From positions 496,001-560,000 of the forward strand of contig JAIVFI010000033.1 in the NCBI GenBank assembly GCA_025558095.1: a DNA stretch of 64,000 nt, written 5' to 3'. The position numbers and the translations under genes were made by a program. The notes under the pieces were generated by a model, which saw nothing but the letters and a program-made list of their open reading frames with translations, searched no databases and had not been told where the DNA came from. The stretch is from Hyaloraphidium curvatum SAG 235-1. Its lineage: Eukaryota > Fungi > Monoblepharomycota. Position 1 is the first letter of the stretch. Each line of letters opens with the position of its first letter. Below are positions 43,514 to 56,486 of the stretch, piece after piece.

Positions 43514-46461
43514 ATGTCTCCCGACCGGCGCCCGCGGGGGCGGCCCCGATTCGCGGCGGGGGCTGCGTTGCTTGCGGCATCCCTGTGGACTCTCTTCCGC
43601 CCCATTGCCGCGGGCCACAGCTGCACGTACGGGCAGCCGACCCTCTCCTCGGCGATTCTTTACGAGCGCCTGGCGTTCGACGTCGAGCTCGGCGTGGTGT
43701 CTTGCCGGGGCAATGTCGCCGCCGTGGGCACCGTGCTGTCGGACATTGTCGAGCTGCCCGCCGCGGTCCCCACGCGGGACGCCCTGTTCCCGCAGGAGTC
43801 CCAGCAGGGGGGACTCAACGGACTTCTGTTTGTCAACGGGCTGATGAACGGCATCGGCGCCCGCGACTTTGCCGTCTCGGCGTGGATCTGGCCGCACATC
43901 GGCCCGGGCGAGGACCGCGCCTACCTGATCGACGCCTACGGGCCGGGCGGGTTCAACGACCTTCGTTTCACGATGGGTGTGGGATTCGGCGTTTTAGAGG
44001 CCGCGGTGTGGACCGGCAGCTCCCTCCAGGGCGGCAACAGCGGCCAGGCCGTCGAGGTGGCGGGCGTGTCGACCGTGCCCAAGTGGATCCACGTTGCCGT
44101 CACCCGCACGGGGACGGAGCTCAGCTTCTACATCAACGGCCGCGACACGGGCACCGGGGCCGAGGTGCAGGCCGTCGGCGACTTTTCGGACATCGCCAAC
44201 ATCACCATCGGCACGCAGCGCATCGGCGTCGCCTCGGCCAACCGCTGGTTGGGTCAGGTCGACGACATCCGCGTCTACGTGGGCACGGTATCCGCCTCCG
44301 AGATCTACGGCATCTTTCGCGCCTCGCACTCGGCCTACAACGCCGTCCAGCAGGTCGGCTTCTCGAGCTTCAGCGTGGCCTACCCGGCCCAGCCCGGCGG
44401 CGACACGCAAATGTACCTGGGGTTCAACGCCACCTACGACAACACGTACTACATGCTGATGCCGTCGATGGGAACCTTCACCGGTGCCCCGGCCACAGTG
44501 GACCAGGTGGGTGTTCGTGTTGCGTTCCGCGCCGGCTGCACGCCGACGCGCCCCTCCAGGTCGTCACGGGCCCTCTGCGCGGTTTCGGCATCAGCATGCT
44601 GGCACAGCTGGACTTTTGGCGTCCGGATGCCGCCATCGCCACAGGCGGCTCCGCCTGGGTGTTCACCACGGGCGACCTCCCTTCCCGCATCCGAGTGCTC
44701 CGGCCCGATTTCACGCTGGACGGAAACACCCAGGCGCCCGTGTGCGACTTCTTTCTGGTAGAGGCACCCAACGGCATGATACAGCAGGAGGTCACGCAAA
44801 CGTTCCTTGCCCAAGACCAGGCTGTGGCGCTGCCCCAGTTCGAGCGCGTCGGTGCGGTGGTCCACCCCGTCCGCCCGGAGCTCGGGCGCGGGCTGCTGCC
44901 GCAAATCACGAGCTACGTGATGGCGCCGAGGACGACGTACGCTGTGGCGACGGCGTTCTGCAACGTCTTCCAGATCCCCTCGTACGTCGAAGCCGCTGGC
45001 ATCGGGTCGATCCTAGTGACGGAGAGCGGCTTCGCGGCACCGCTTTCGCTGGTGAGGACCGGAATCGGCGAACCCTGGTACTCGTATGGCACCGGCATCT
45101 ACCTCCTCTTCGACATCGAGGTCGAGGCGCCCGGTTTCCAGGGCGTGGACAACGCCGTGGATGGGGCGGCTTTGGTGCCCGACGGCGGCTATCTCATGAA
45201 CGCCGAGGCTGCCGTCGCTGCCTCCTTTACCGTCGGCGCTTCCAACCTCCGCCTGGACGGATTCACGATCCGCTTCTACGGCCCCGCCCTTCCCGAATGG
45301 TTCAGCTGCACCGTGGAGCTGCACCTCGTCGACACGACACTCAGCCCGCCCCTCCCCACCGGCCCCGCCCTGGCCACGGGCTCCATCCTCGCCTCGGGCC
45401 ACTCCACCTCCCGCACATCCCTCTCCTTCATGGCCCCCGAGGCGGTGTCCGCCGTCACGCTGCGCCGGGGGAAGCGATACTCGCTCAAGGTCGGCCCGTG
45501 CGACATGGATGTCTCGTGGGGGCACGCCGCCGCGGTGCCGTTCCGCAGGCGGCGCCGCCAGGGGCCGACGACCACCTCGGACGTGTCGCTGGACCCGTGG
45601 TTCCTGTACCTCGTGGGCACGGCCGAGTGGATCGCCGCCCCTGCGTACGACCTCCTCTGGAGCATGGACGTATCCAAGGAGCCGACGTCGGTGGAATCCG
45701 TGACGGGCCGCTTGGTGGTCACTCTCCCCCCGAACCAGTGCGGCACCAGCGGGACGTACGGCGTCGCGTTCACGCCTTCGTGCGACCTGCCTTGCCCGCA
45801 GCTCCCGGCCTTCCAGGTCGACGCCGGGGTCGCGGAGCCGGACGGGTGGTGCCGCGACAACAGGACCGCCGCGCCGTTCGGCGTCGGACCGCACACGGTC
45901 ACCGTCACGGAGGTCCCCGGGCCGGCGATCAGGTATCCCGGCGATTGGGCCCTCTGGTACCTGCGCGTCGTCACCGACGGGACCCACATGAAGAGGGTGG
46001 TGGTCCGCAACGCCACCTTGGAGCTCCCTGACCGGCCGGAGGGGAGCCCCTGGCGGAGCCGCGTGCTGTGGTTACCCAGCGGAGCGATGCCGCTGGGCAC
46101 CGCCGTCGGCTTCCCCGACGGCCTGCCCGGCACCGAGGGCGTGCTGTACCGGTTTCCTACGGACTGTGCCGCGGGCACGGCGAACGATACAGGGGCGGAC
46201 TGCGCGCGGTTCGGGGTGCGGATGAGCATGGGGAACTCCGAAGACAGCTACCTGCTGGAGGAGGGGGTGGACACGGGGACGACGAGGGTCGGGCTGGTGG
46301 TCAATGTGGACGTGGAATACTTCACGAATGCGCCGTCGCCAGGTCGGAAGAGGTCGGAGGGGGGCGGGCGGACGGCTTCGCTGGAGTTGCGGGCCGAGAC
46401 GACGGTGCGGATGGGGAAGTCGGTGGCGGGGAGGAAGCTCAGGGTGCACGGTTCGTGGTGA
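43514..46461 (+). CDS. Secreted LamG/ConA-like domain protein, copy 3 (head B, tail y)
   Basis: Head nearly identical to copy 2; intron 44507-44559; tail ends GRKLRVHGSW. Confidence 0.87.
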
Positions 46462-46805
46462 TATTTGGCGCTCTTTCTCATGGTCTGTAGTTGAAATTGC
46501 TGCCTGTGTCGTTCCCCGAGAAGAGATGCTTTGTCCGCAGTGAATCTCGGTTGGCACTGTGATGGTTTGCTTTTCGGACAGCTAAAGCACCGCTTTTCTA
46601 GGGGGCGAAAAGCAGCCGCTTTTCGCTATCTTGACCCCCCCTACTGTGAGCCGACGATGAGACGTCTTTGGTCGTCCCCGAAATGAATGCCTAGGTTCCA
46701 TCTTTTTCGGATTTCGGATTCCGGTTTCTAGGCGCACATTGGCGGAAACAAGTGGCAGCGGCTGACGATTCGAGGTCGCACCCAAGGCCCGATCCGCGGC
46801 ACGGT

Positions 46806-46813
46806 GGCTTAGC
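46806..46813 (+). promoter_or_regulatory. GGCTTAGC upstream motif of LamG copy 4
   Basis: 8-mer 90 bp upstream of ATG 46896. Confidence 0.5.
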
Positions 46814-46895
46814 GGGTCCACCCACCTTTCCCTTGCCCCCTCCCATGGTAGTGCCGGTTGCCCGGGTCCTCCGAGACCGGCAGACTGTGGCGGCG

Positions 46896-49800
46896 ATGAG
46901 CCCGCATCGGCGGCCGCGGGGGCGCCTGCGATTTGCGGCGGCGGCCCTCTTTGCGTGCCTCTCCGCCCCGCTCCGCCTTGCCGCCGCCGGGCACGACTGC
47001 ACGTACGGGCAGGGCCCGACGCTCTCCTCGGCCATTTTGTACGAACGCCTCGCATTTGACACCGTCGTTGGCGTGGTGTCGTGCCGCGGCAACGTGCCCG
47101 CCCCGGGCGGCACGGTCGGCGGCGGGCAGGGAGTGGCCGACTTCTACCCGCTGCAAGGCTCGGTGCCGGCCCGCGACGCCCTCTACCCGGGCGACAGCAT
47201 CGCCGTCGACGGCCTGCTCAACGGCATCGGCACCAAAGACTTTGCCGTGATGGCGTGGATCTGGCCGCACGTCGGGGACCAGGAACGAGGGGTGCTCATC
47301 GACGCCATCGGACCCGGTTTCAGGGACGCGCGGCTGTACCTCGGCGTGGGGTTCGGCAGGTTCGAGGCCGACATCTGGACCGGCACCGACCTGCAGAGCC
47401 TGCAGGCCGGCGCGCCCGACATCTACGGCAGCCCGTCGGTGCCAAAGTGGATCCACGTCGGCGTCACCCGCGTCGGAAAGGAGGCCAGGATGTACATCAA
47501 CGGCCTGAACGTCGGCGGGGCCACCGTGATGAGCGGCGTGGGCGACATGTCGGACATCACCCAGACCTTGATCGGCACCACGGCCAACACGGCGTGGCCC
47601 GGCTGGGCCGACGACTTCCGCGTCTACGTCGGCACGGTGTCCCCCGAGGAGATGTACGCCATCTTCCGCGTCTCCCACTCCGCGTACAACGCCGTGCAGC
47701 AGGTCGGATTCTCGGCTTTCAACGTAACCTTCCCGGCCCAACCGGGCGGGGACACGAAGATGTTCCTCGGGTTCAACGCGACGTACAATAACACCATCTA
47801 CAAGCTGACGCCTTCGAGCGGAACCTCCAGCGGCTCCCCGGCCGTTCTGGGCGAAGACGTGAGTTTCTCCTGGCATCCCGGCGCGGGCCGCAGGCTGACG
47901 ACGCCGCCAGGTTGCGGTCAGGGGCCCGCTCCGCGGTTTCGGCATCAACATGCTCGGACCCCCATTCAGTTGGCCGTACGGCGGGTACATTGCTCAGAAC
48001 CACGCGTGGGTCTTCACCACGGGCGACCTCCCCTCCCGAATCCGCGTGTTTCGGCCCGACTATACCTACGACGGGAACGTAAACGGGCAGCAGTTCGTGT
48101 GCGACTTCGTGCTCGTTCTGGCACCGAACGGCATGATCCAAGGCGAGGCCACCGAAACCTTCCTTGCGCGGGACCAGGGCGTCACCGTGCCCCAGTTTGA
48201 GCGGCCCGACCAGCCGGTGCACCCCGTCCGCCCGGAGCTCGGGCGCAGCCTGCTACCGCAGATTACTTCGTACGTGATGGCGCCCCGGACGACGTACGCC
48301 GTCGCGACGACGAACTGCAACATTGCGGCCTTCGCCAGCTACATCTTGCCCGGCGACGTCGGGCCGATCCTCGTGACGGACAGGGGCTTCAGTGCGGGGT
48401 TCGCGCTAATGAGGAACAACTACGGCGAAGCCTGGAGCAACTACGGCGGTCTCTACCTCTATTTCGACCTCGAGGTCGAGAACCCCGGTTTCCAGGGCGT
48501 GGACAACGCCGTGGACGGATCGGGCTTGGTACCCACGGGCGCCTACCCCACGGGTTGGGGCGTCAACGACATCGCAGCCTCCTTCACCGTCGGCCCCGCC
48601 GACATCCGCCTTGACCGCTTTACCATCCGTGTCCAGAACCTCACGCTCGACTGGTTCTCCTGCACAGTGGAACTGTACAGCGTCTCCTCCGGCCAGCCCG
48701 CTCTCCCCACCGGCCCCCCCCTGGCCGCGGGACAACTGATGGCCTCGGGCCATTCCGCCACCGCCACCTCGCTCTCCTTCATGTTTCCGGAGACGGTGGC
48801 TGAAGTGCTGTTGCGCCGGGGGCAGCGGTATTCGTTCAAGATCGGGCCGTGCGACCATGACGGGCTGTCGTGGGCGTATGTGACGACCCCGGGCCGCCGC
48901 ATCCGGCGCGGGCCCGTGACTAGTGGCGACGTTTCTGTGGATACCGGATTGTCGTACGACTCGTCGACGGGGCAATGGAGCACAATCCCCGCCGGGAACG
49001 AGCTGATCTGGAGCATGGACATCTCGAAGGAGCCGGTGCCGCCCTATGATTACGCGACGGGGAGCGTGGTGGTCGCCTTTCCCGCGGGACAGTGCGGTGC
49101 CACGGGCACGTACGGGGTCAAGTTCACGCCCTCGTGCGACCTGCCGTGCCCGGAGCTCCCCCCTTTCCAGGTCAACGCGGCGATCGCGGAGCCGGACGAA
49201 TGGTGCCGCGACAACAGGACCGCCGCGCCGTTCACCGTGGGCCCGCACACCATCACGGTGACCGAGGTTCCGGGGCCGACGATCAGGTATCCCGGCGATT
49301 GGGCCCTCTGGTACCTCCGCATCCGCACCGACGGCACCCAGATGAAAAGCGTGGTGCTCCGCAACGCCACCTTGGAGCTGCCGGACCGCGCCGTGGGGAG
49401 CCAATGGCGGAGCCGCGTGTTGTGGTATCCCGGCGCAGCGATGCCGTTGGGCAATGCCCTCAAGTTCCCGCCGGGGGGCAGCGAGATCCTTTACCAGGTC
49501 CCCAGCACGTGCGCCGCGGGCACGGCGAACGATACGGGGGCCGACTGCGTGCGGGTGGGGGTCAGGCTCAACATGGGAAACTCCCCGAACAGCCACGCGC
49601 TACAGGAGGGAGTCGACAGCGGGCTGACGAGGGTCCGCCTCGTGCTGAGCGTCGACGTCAAGTATTGGGATGAGACACAGCCAGCTCGGAAAAGGGACTT
49701 GGGAGGTGGCGGGACGGAGGCGCTCGTTGTGCGGGCCGAGATGACGGTCCGGATGGGGACGCCGGTGGCGGGGAGGAGGCTCAAGGTGCACGGTGAGTAG
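46896..49800 (+). CDS. Secreted LamG/ConA-like domain protein, copy 4 (head A, tail y)
   Basis: Head nearly identical to copy 1; intron 47859-47910; tail ends GRRLKVHGE. Confidence 0.87.
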
Positions 49801-49934
49801 TCGTTGGGCGGGCGGCCGAACGCCGCGCCGGTTTGCTGTCTATGTCGTGTTTCGCGGTGAGGAGATGAAAGAACAATGATATGGCTGCACGAGATGTTGG
49901 CACTCCCCAGGGAAGCTCTCTCCCAAATCGCCCC

Positions 49935-50279
49935 TCAGTACAGGATCGAGTACACCTTCCTGACCTTTTCCGTCACGGCGAACCTGCCCTTCCAACCCTT
50001 GGGCAGCACCAGCAGGCCCCCAGGTCCGATCTTGACCGGCTTGCCCCCGGCCGGCGTGACTTCGATCTCGCCGCTCAGCACGTGCATGCTCTCCGTCACC
50101 GGGAACCCGCCGTCCAGAAAGTCCGCGTGGTACGGGTCCGATTCCCACACGCCGCTCTCGAACTTGCCGTCGTTGAAGGCCTCGGTGCACGTGGCGTTGA
50201 CGCCGGGGCCGTCGGGCGCAGCGGGCAGCGCGCCGCGGACCTCGGCCGCGGTCATCGTGGAGTGCGCGAGGGAGGCCAT
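49935..50279 (-). CDS. Small cupin (DUF861/cupin_3-like)
   Basis: SGVWESDP..ESMHVLSGEIEVTP.GG..IGPG..VLPKGWKG..VRKVY. Confidence 0.85.
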   Translation of the reverse strand: MASLAHSTMTAAEVRGALPAAPDGPGVNATCTEAFNDGKFESGVWESDPYHADFLDGGFPVTESMHVLSGEIEVTPAGGKPVKIGPGGLLVLPKGWKGRFAVTEKVRKVYSILY

Positions 50280-50939
50280 GTCGAGAAAAGCGAGGCAGAT
50301 GATCTCGCCAAAACAGATTCTCAAAGAGCAGCGAGGTCCTGCCGCGATACGGTGCGGAACGGGAGCGGGCGCGCTGCAAGCGGGTGGCAGTGCGTCGGCG
50401 ACGCGATCGGCCGATCCGTTCCGTGGTCGGTGCGCGGCCCTGCACCGAGCTGTACACGAAAAGCGAAGCCCTGCCCCCCGAAATTTACCCGTCCATCTCG
50501 TAGAGCCACTGAGCCGTGCCCTCCACCCGACGACTTACCTCACCGGCCGCCCTCCCAGCCGCCGTGGACGCCCCCTGCAGCGACCCCGATCCTGAGCTAT
50601 ATCGTGCGATTTCAAGACGTGGTATGGCACCTTGCATGCTGGACCCTTTCGACAGTTAGGCTTCGGAACCAGGATTGTCGGATCCCGCGACGCGTCATCC
50701 GGTGCTGCGGAGATCGGCCTGCCCGGCATTAGACATCTTCCCGGCAATAGACATCTTCTTGATTCGCGGTGCCGGGATGGATACGCTACTATGGAGCTTC
50801 TTTCCGCATCCGCATGGGGCCTCCGACTTTCGTGTCAGGATGCGAAGCCTGCTCAGGGTCCGGATAGTCGGACGGGCGCTCATTGCAAGCGAGGCTCCGC
50901 ATCCCCATCCAGGCGGCCCAGACGCGTCCGACGAGCACG

Positions 50940-53072
50940 ATGGCGTCGAATCCCGCCACGGACGCGACTAAGCGCGCCATTGGCGCGTTCTGCGAGCACC
51001 TGCCGTTCTCGGACCGCCGGGACTTCGCCGACGCCGAGCGCGGGTTCATCGCGGCGCTCGAGGACCGCTACATCAAAGCCGCCGACGGACGCGTGGTCTG
51101 GGACATGGAGGCGTATTCGTTTCTCGAGGCCGAGTGCCCGGACACCGCGAACCCTTCGCTGTGGAGGCAGAGCCAGCTCAACATCAAGTCGGGCCTCTTC
51201 GAAGTTGTCCCCGGAATCTACCAGCTGCGCGGGTTCGACCTGTCCGTCATGACCGTGGTCGAGGGGAAGACTGGGCTCATCGTCATCGACCCGCTCATCT
51301 CGAAGGAGACCGCGGCGGCGGCGTTTGGGCTGTACGTCAAGCACCGTGGGACCAAGCCGGTCGTCGCCATGGTATACACGCACTGTGGGTCTCTGCCTAC
51401 TCTATATCGCCAGTCGTGACATCAATTTCTTATGGGGCGCGTCTCCAGCCCACGTGGACCACTTCGGCGGCGTCAAGGGCATCATCTCTGAGGACGACGT
51501 CTCGTCGGGCCGCTGCCAGGTCATCGCCCCCGCCGGGTTCATGGAGCACGCCGTCTCGGAGAACATCTACGCCGGTCCCGCGATGACGCGGCGCGCGGGG
51601 TACATGTACGGCGCCGCGCTCGACAAGGGGCCCTGCGGGAGCATCGGGTCCGGGCTGGGACAGACGACGTCGACGGGGGAGCCCACGCTGATAAAGCCGA
51701 CGGTGGACATCACGCATACCGGGCAGGAGATGGAGATCGACGGTGTGCGAATGGTGTTCCAGGTGAGTTGGCCTTGAAGTCGCGGAGCGCGCACGTCATC
51801 CTGAGTTGCGCCTTCCCAGATGACCCCGGGAACCGAGGCCCCAGCCGAAATGAATTTCTACTTCCCGGACCACAAGGCGTGCTGCACCGCCGAGAACGCG
51901 ACCCACACCCTCCACAACATCCTCACCATCCGCGGCGCCGTGGTGCGCGATGCCCACGCCTGGGGGCACTACCTGAACGAGACGATCGACCTCTGGGGGG
52001 ACGAGATGGAAGTTTGCTTTGCGTCCCATCACTGGCCCACGTGGGGGAACAAGAACTGCCTCGAGTTCCTCTCCGTCCAGCGAGACGTGTACCTCTACCT
52101 CCACGACCAGACCCTTCGGATGATCAACCAGGTGAACGCGAGGCCGCAGCCCGAAACCAAGACAGCCCAATGACCGCCGTTCCGTTGCGCAGGGCTACGT
52201 CGGCTCCGAGATCGCCGAAGTCTTGAAGGTCCCCCCGCAGCTCGAGGCCGCGTGGCACGCACACGGCTACTACGGCACCTTCTCGCACAACATCAAGGCC
52301 GTGTACCAGCGCTACATGGGATGGTACGAGGGCAACCCCGCGAGGCTGTGGCCCCACCCGCCCGAGGACTCGGCAAAGAGATACGTGAAAGCGATGGGCG
52401 GCGTCGAGAAGGCGGTGGAGGTGGCCAGGGAGGCGTACGAGGAGGGGGATTACCGCTGGGCGGCGCAAGTGCTGGACCACGTGCTGTTTTCCAACCCGAA
52501 TCACCCGGGCGCGAGGGAGCTGCAGGCCAACACGTTCGAGCAGCTGGGGTACTACGCCGAGAGCGGTACTTGGTCGGTGCCGTGCTCCTTGCTCGCTGGG
52601 ACTTGAGCTCATCGGGGCCTCGGTGTCGTGCAGGCGGAGCGCCTACCTTGCCGGCGCACACGAGCTCCGCAAGGGCAACTTTGGCACCCCCGCCGGTGGT
52701 TCTATCCCCGACTTCCTCAAGGCCATCACCGTCTCGCAGCTCCTCGACTCGATCGCCATCCGTATCGACGGGCCCAAGGCCTGGGATGAGAAGCTGCTCA
52801 TGTCGTGGGCCATCACGGACGAGGACAAGGTCTACGTCGCCGAGCTCCGCAACGGCGTGCTGAACCACAAGACGGCGGCCAAGCCGGCGGCGGGATCCAC
52901 CATCTTTACGCTTTCAAAGGCCGTTCTGACGGGCATCTTGACGCGGCAGATTGAGTTTCCGAAGGCGGTGGCGGAGGGGCTCGTCAAGGTGGAGGGGGAT
53001 CCGGGCGTGCTGCGGAGACTGGTCGCCGTTCTGGCGGAGTCGGACCCGAACTTCTCGATCGTGACGCCCTGA
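50940..53072 (+). CDS. Alkyl/aryl sulfatase (SdsA1/BDS1-like metallo-beta-lactamase fold plus SCP2 domain), copy 1
   Basis: DFADAERGFIA; NPSLWRQSQL; spliced YTHSHVDH; TPGTEAPAEMN; AENATHTLHN..RGA.VRD; SHHWP; GYYGT; FSIVTP-stop; four introns. Confidence 0.92.
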
Positions 53073-53238
53073 CTGTTGTGGATGCAGGCGCCGAAAAAGA
53101 GTGCCTGGGCGGGGTAATCGTCGGAATGGCGGTCGGTCAGACCCTGGCCAGGGTCGGCCGACTATCCGCGTCCCCGCACCGCTCCTCCGAACTGTGTCCC
53201 GCCCGGCAATTCCCCTTGCGGGCGAGGACAAAAAAGAA

Positions 53239-55478
53239 ATGGGCTCGCACCCGGCGACCGAGGCGACGAAGCGCGCGCTTGGCGAGTTCGCCAGGCACCT
53301 GCCGTTCGCGGACAAACGCGACTTCGAGGACGCGTCGCGCGGCCTCATCGCCGCGCCGGAGGAGCGCTACGTCAAAGCCGCCGACGGCCGTGTGGTGTGG
53401 GACATGGAGGCGTACGCATTCCTGGAGGCCGAGTGCCCCGACACGGCGAACCCGTCGCTGTGGCGGCAGAGCCAGCTCAACATCAAGGCCGGCCTGTTCG
53501 AAGTTGTCCCCGGGATCTACCAGCTCCGCGGGTTCGACATCTCGGTCATGACCGTCGTCGAGGCTGAGACAGGCCTCATCGTCATCGACCCGTTGGTCTG
53601 CAAGGAGACGGCAAAGGCCGCCTTCGCTCTGTATCTGAAGCACCGCGGCAAGAAGCCTGTCGTGGCAATGATCTACACCCACTGTGGGCCTGTCCTGCCT
53701 CGCTTCTGTCGAATCGGTGTCCTGATTTTGCGTTACCGGCACTTTCAGCCCACATCGACCACTTTGGCGGCGTCAAGGGGATCATCTCCGAGGAGGACGT
53801 CTCGTCGGGCCGCTGCCAGGTCATCGCCCCCGAGGGCTTCCTCGAACACGCCGTCGCGGAGAACGTGTATGCGGGGCCCGCCATGTCCCGCCGAGCGGGG
53901 TACATGTACGGTGCGGCGCTCGAGAAGGGGCCGTGCGGGAGCATTGGTTCGGGCTGCGACAGACGACGTCGACGGGGGAGCCCACGCTCATCCCGCCGAC
54001 GGTGGATATCAAGCACACGGGGCAGGAGATGGTGATCGACGGGGTCAGGATCGTGGTCCAGGTGGGCGACGGGCGTCCTGCTCCTCTCCCACGGAAAGCC
54101 CAACCCCTCCTTCCCTCGAAGGTCACCCCCGGCACCGAGGCCCCCGCCGAGATGAACTTCTACTTCCCCGACCACAAGGCCTGCTGCACGGCCGAGAACG
54201 CCACCCACACCCTGCACAACATCCTCACCATCCGCGGCGCCGTCGTGCGCGACGCCCACGCGTGGGGGCACTACCTCACCGAGACCATCGACCTCTGGGG
54301 GGACGACATGGAGGTGTGCTTCGCGTCGCAGTGGGTTCGCGGAGTGATCGGCCTCGGAGGCGCGCGCGCTGACCTTGTCGCTCTCGCTCGTCAGCCACTG
54401 GCCGACGTGGGGGAACAAGAACTGCCTCGAGTTCCTGTCGATGCAGCGCGACGTCTACCTCTACCTGCACGACCAGACCCTGCGATTGCTGAACCAGGTG
54501 ACCGCGCCGCGCTTCGCCCGCGGGACCGCCATCCGCTAACCCGCATCCCGCCAGGGCTACGTCGGCTCCGAGATCGCCGAGATGCTCCGCATCCCCCCCG
54601 CCATCGAAACTGCCTGGCACTGCCACGGGTACTACGGTACCTTCTCGCACAACATCAAGGCGGTGTACCAACGGTACGTGGGATGGTACGAGGGTAACCC
54701 CGCCAGGCTGTGGCCCCATCCGCCCGAGGACTCGGCGAAGAGATACGTCAAGGCTATGGGCGGCGTCGAGGAGGCGGTGGAGGTGGCCAGGGAGGCCTAC
54801 GAGGAGGGGGACTACCGATGGGCGGCGCAGGTGCTCGACCACGTGCTGTTTTCCAACCCGAACCACGCGGGCGCGAGGGAGCTGCAGGCCAACACCTTGG
54901 AGCATCTGGGCTACTACGCCGAGAGCGGCACCTGGTGGGTATCTGACCGGGCCGCCGGGCGTTCCCTCTCTCACCGCCGCCCCGCCAGGCGGAGCGCCTA
55001 CCTCGCCGGCTGCGCCGAGCTCCGCAAGAGCATCTTCGGCACCCCCATCGGCGCCGCCGCCCCCGACATCTTCCGCGCCCTCACGATCCCGCAGCTCTTT
55101 GACTCGGTCGCCATCCGCGTCGACGGGCCCAGGGCGTGGGACCTGCGGCTGAAGCTGTCGTGGGTCATCACGGACGAGAAGAAGGTCTACGTGATGGAGC
55201 TGCGGAACGGGGTGCTGAACCACAAGACGGCGCCCGCGCCGGCAGAGGGGTCGACGGTGTTCACGCTGAGCAGGGAGGTGCTGGGGGGGCCGTTCACGCG
55301 GCAGCTGGAGCTCGAGAAGGCGGCCAAGGACGGGCTGGTGAAGATCGAGGGGGACGCGGGGGTGCTCGCGAAGCTGGTGGCGGTGCTGCAGGCGCCGGAT
55401 CCGAACTTTGCCATCGTGACGCCCGGAGGTGCGCCGGGGCGACCTGTTGCCCGAAAAGGACGTCTCGATCGCATATAA
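53239..55478 (+). pseudogene. Alkyl sulfatase tandem copy 2, with a 1-nt frameshift and a lost stop codon
   Basis: Collinear with copy 1; frame break near 53950; GGA at 55425-55427 replaces TGA after IVTP; extra intron 54331-54394. The frameshift could be a sequencing error. Confidence 0.7.
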
Positions 55479-55654
55479 TCTTATTGTAGGATCACAGTCT
55501 CCCAATATCTACAACCTACATCCGCGTGGCCAAAGACAGTGCGTATCTACAAGTGGGTATCGTGTCGTGCCCCAGGCTCGCCATGGTCCAGAAGTCGCTG
55601 CCAAAATGTCGCGGAAACCCCCATGTCCCGCCGCACAAGTCCAATCTCCGTCGT

Positions 55655-56100
55655 CTAGTACGGCTTGTACCTCCCCGAGTCGGCCTCCGGGACGCGGTAG
55701 ACCGGCACCGCCTCGCCCCTCGCACCCGCCCTCTCCGTCGTGCTCTTCAGCAGCCCGTGGGTGCCGAGGAAGTTGAGGAACACCCTGCCCTTGTCGACCG
55801 GCACGTTCTGCATCCGGACATTTTAGTCGAACTCGATGCCGCGGGGCTGAGGACGCGTTGCTCACCCGCGCGAGCAGCTCCCCCAGCAGCACCGGCTCGG
55901 GGATGGCCCCGTGCTCCCCCCTGCTCCGGACCAGCCTGGCGAGGCGGAAGTACATCGCGACCACCATGAGCCAGCGGGGGTTCTCGCGGCGCACGGGCAC
56001 GGCGACCAGCGTCGAGCTCGAGTCGGAGGGGAGGGGAGGGAGAGGGCGCTTGCGCGGGGTCGTGGGGGCCGGGAACAGCGCTGCTCGGCAGACGCCATCA
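55655..56100 (-). CDS. Small hypothetical protein
   Basis: RENPRWLMVVAMYFRLARL..LLGELLAR, GT..AG intron ~55809-55865, then NVPVDKGRVFLNFLGTHGLLK..YRVP..KPY-stop. Start not defined. Confidence 0.4.
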
Positions 56101-56486
56101 GAACCGTCCTCAAATGGTGTTTGCGGTAGCGCGGTGCCCACTTCTGACGCGCCTGAGCGGGCGCTCCTGCGCGCGGCGCTGTTTGGCGGCCTTCGGCATT
56201 GCGTGCGCGTGCGGGCCGGCCGGCCTCGGGAGACGGCAAACAGGCTCGGAACCGGCGGCAGCCAGACGATGCGCCGCACGCAAAGGTCTAAGCTCGACAG
56301 GAGTCCGTCCGGCCTTCGAGGAGGAAGCACGGGGCCGGGGAATTCGAGCGTAAACAAGGTGTTTGGCGTTCGGCTGGCGCCGATCAACTTCCCCAGTCGG
56401 CACTGGGCTCAAGCACACTCGAGCTAGCTCGGTACTGGTCATAGTCCCCATAGATACGCTCCTAATATACAACATATTCTCCGGAC

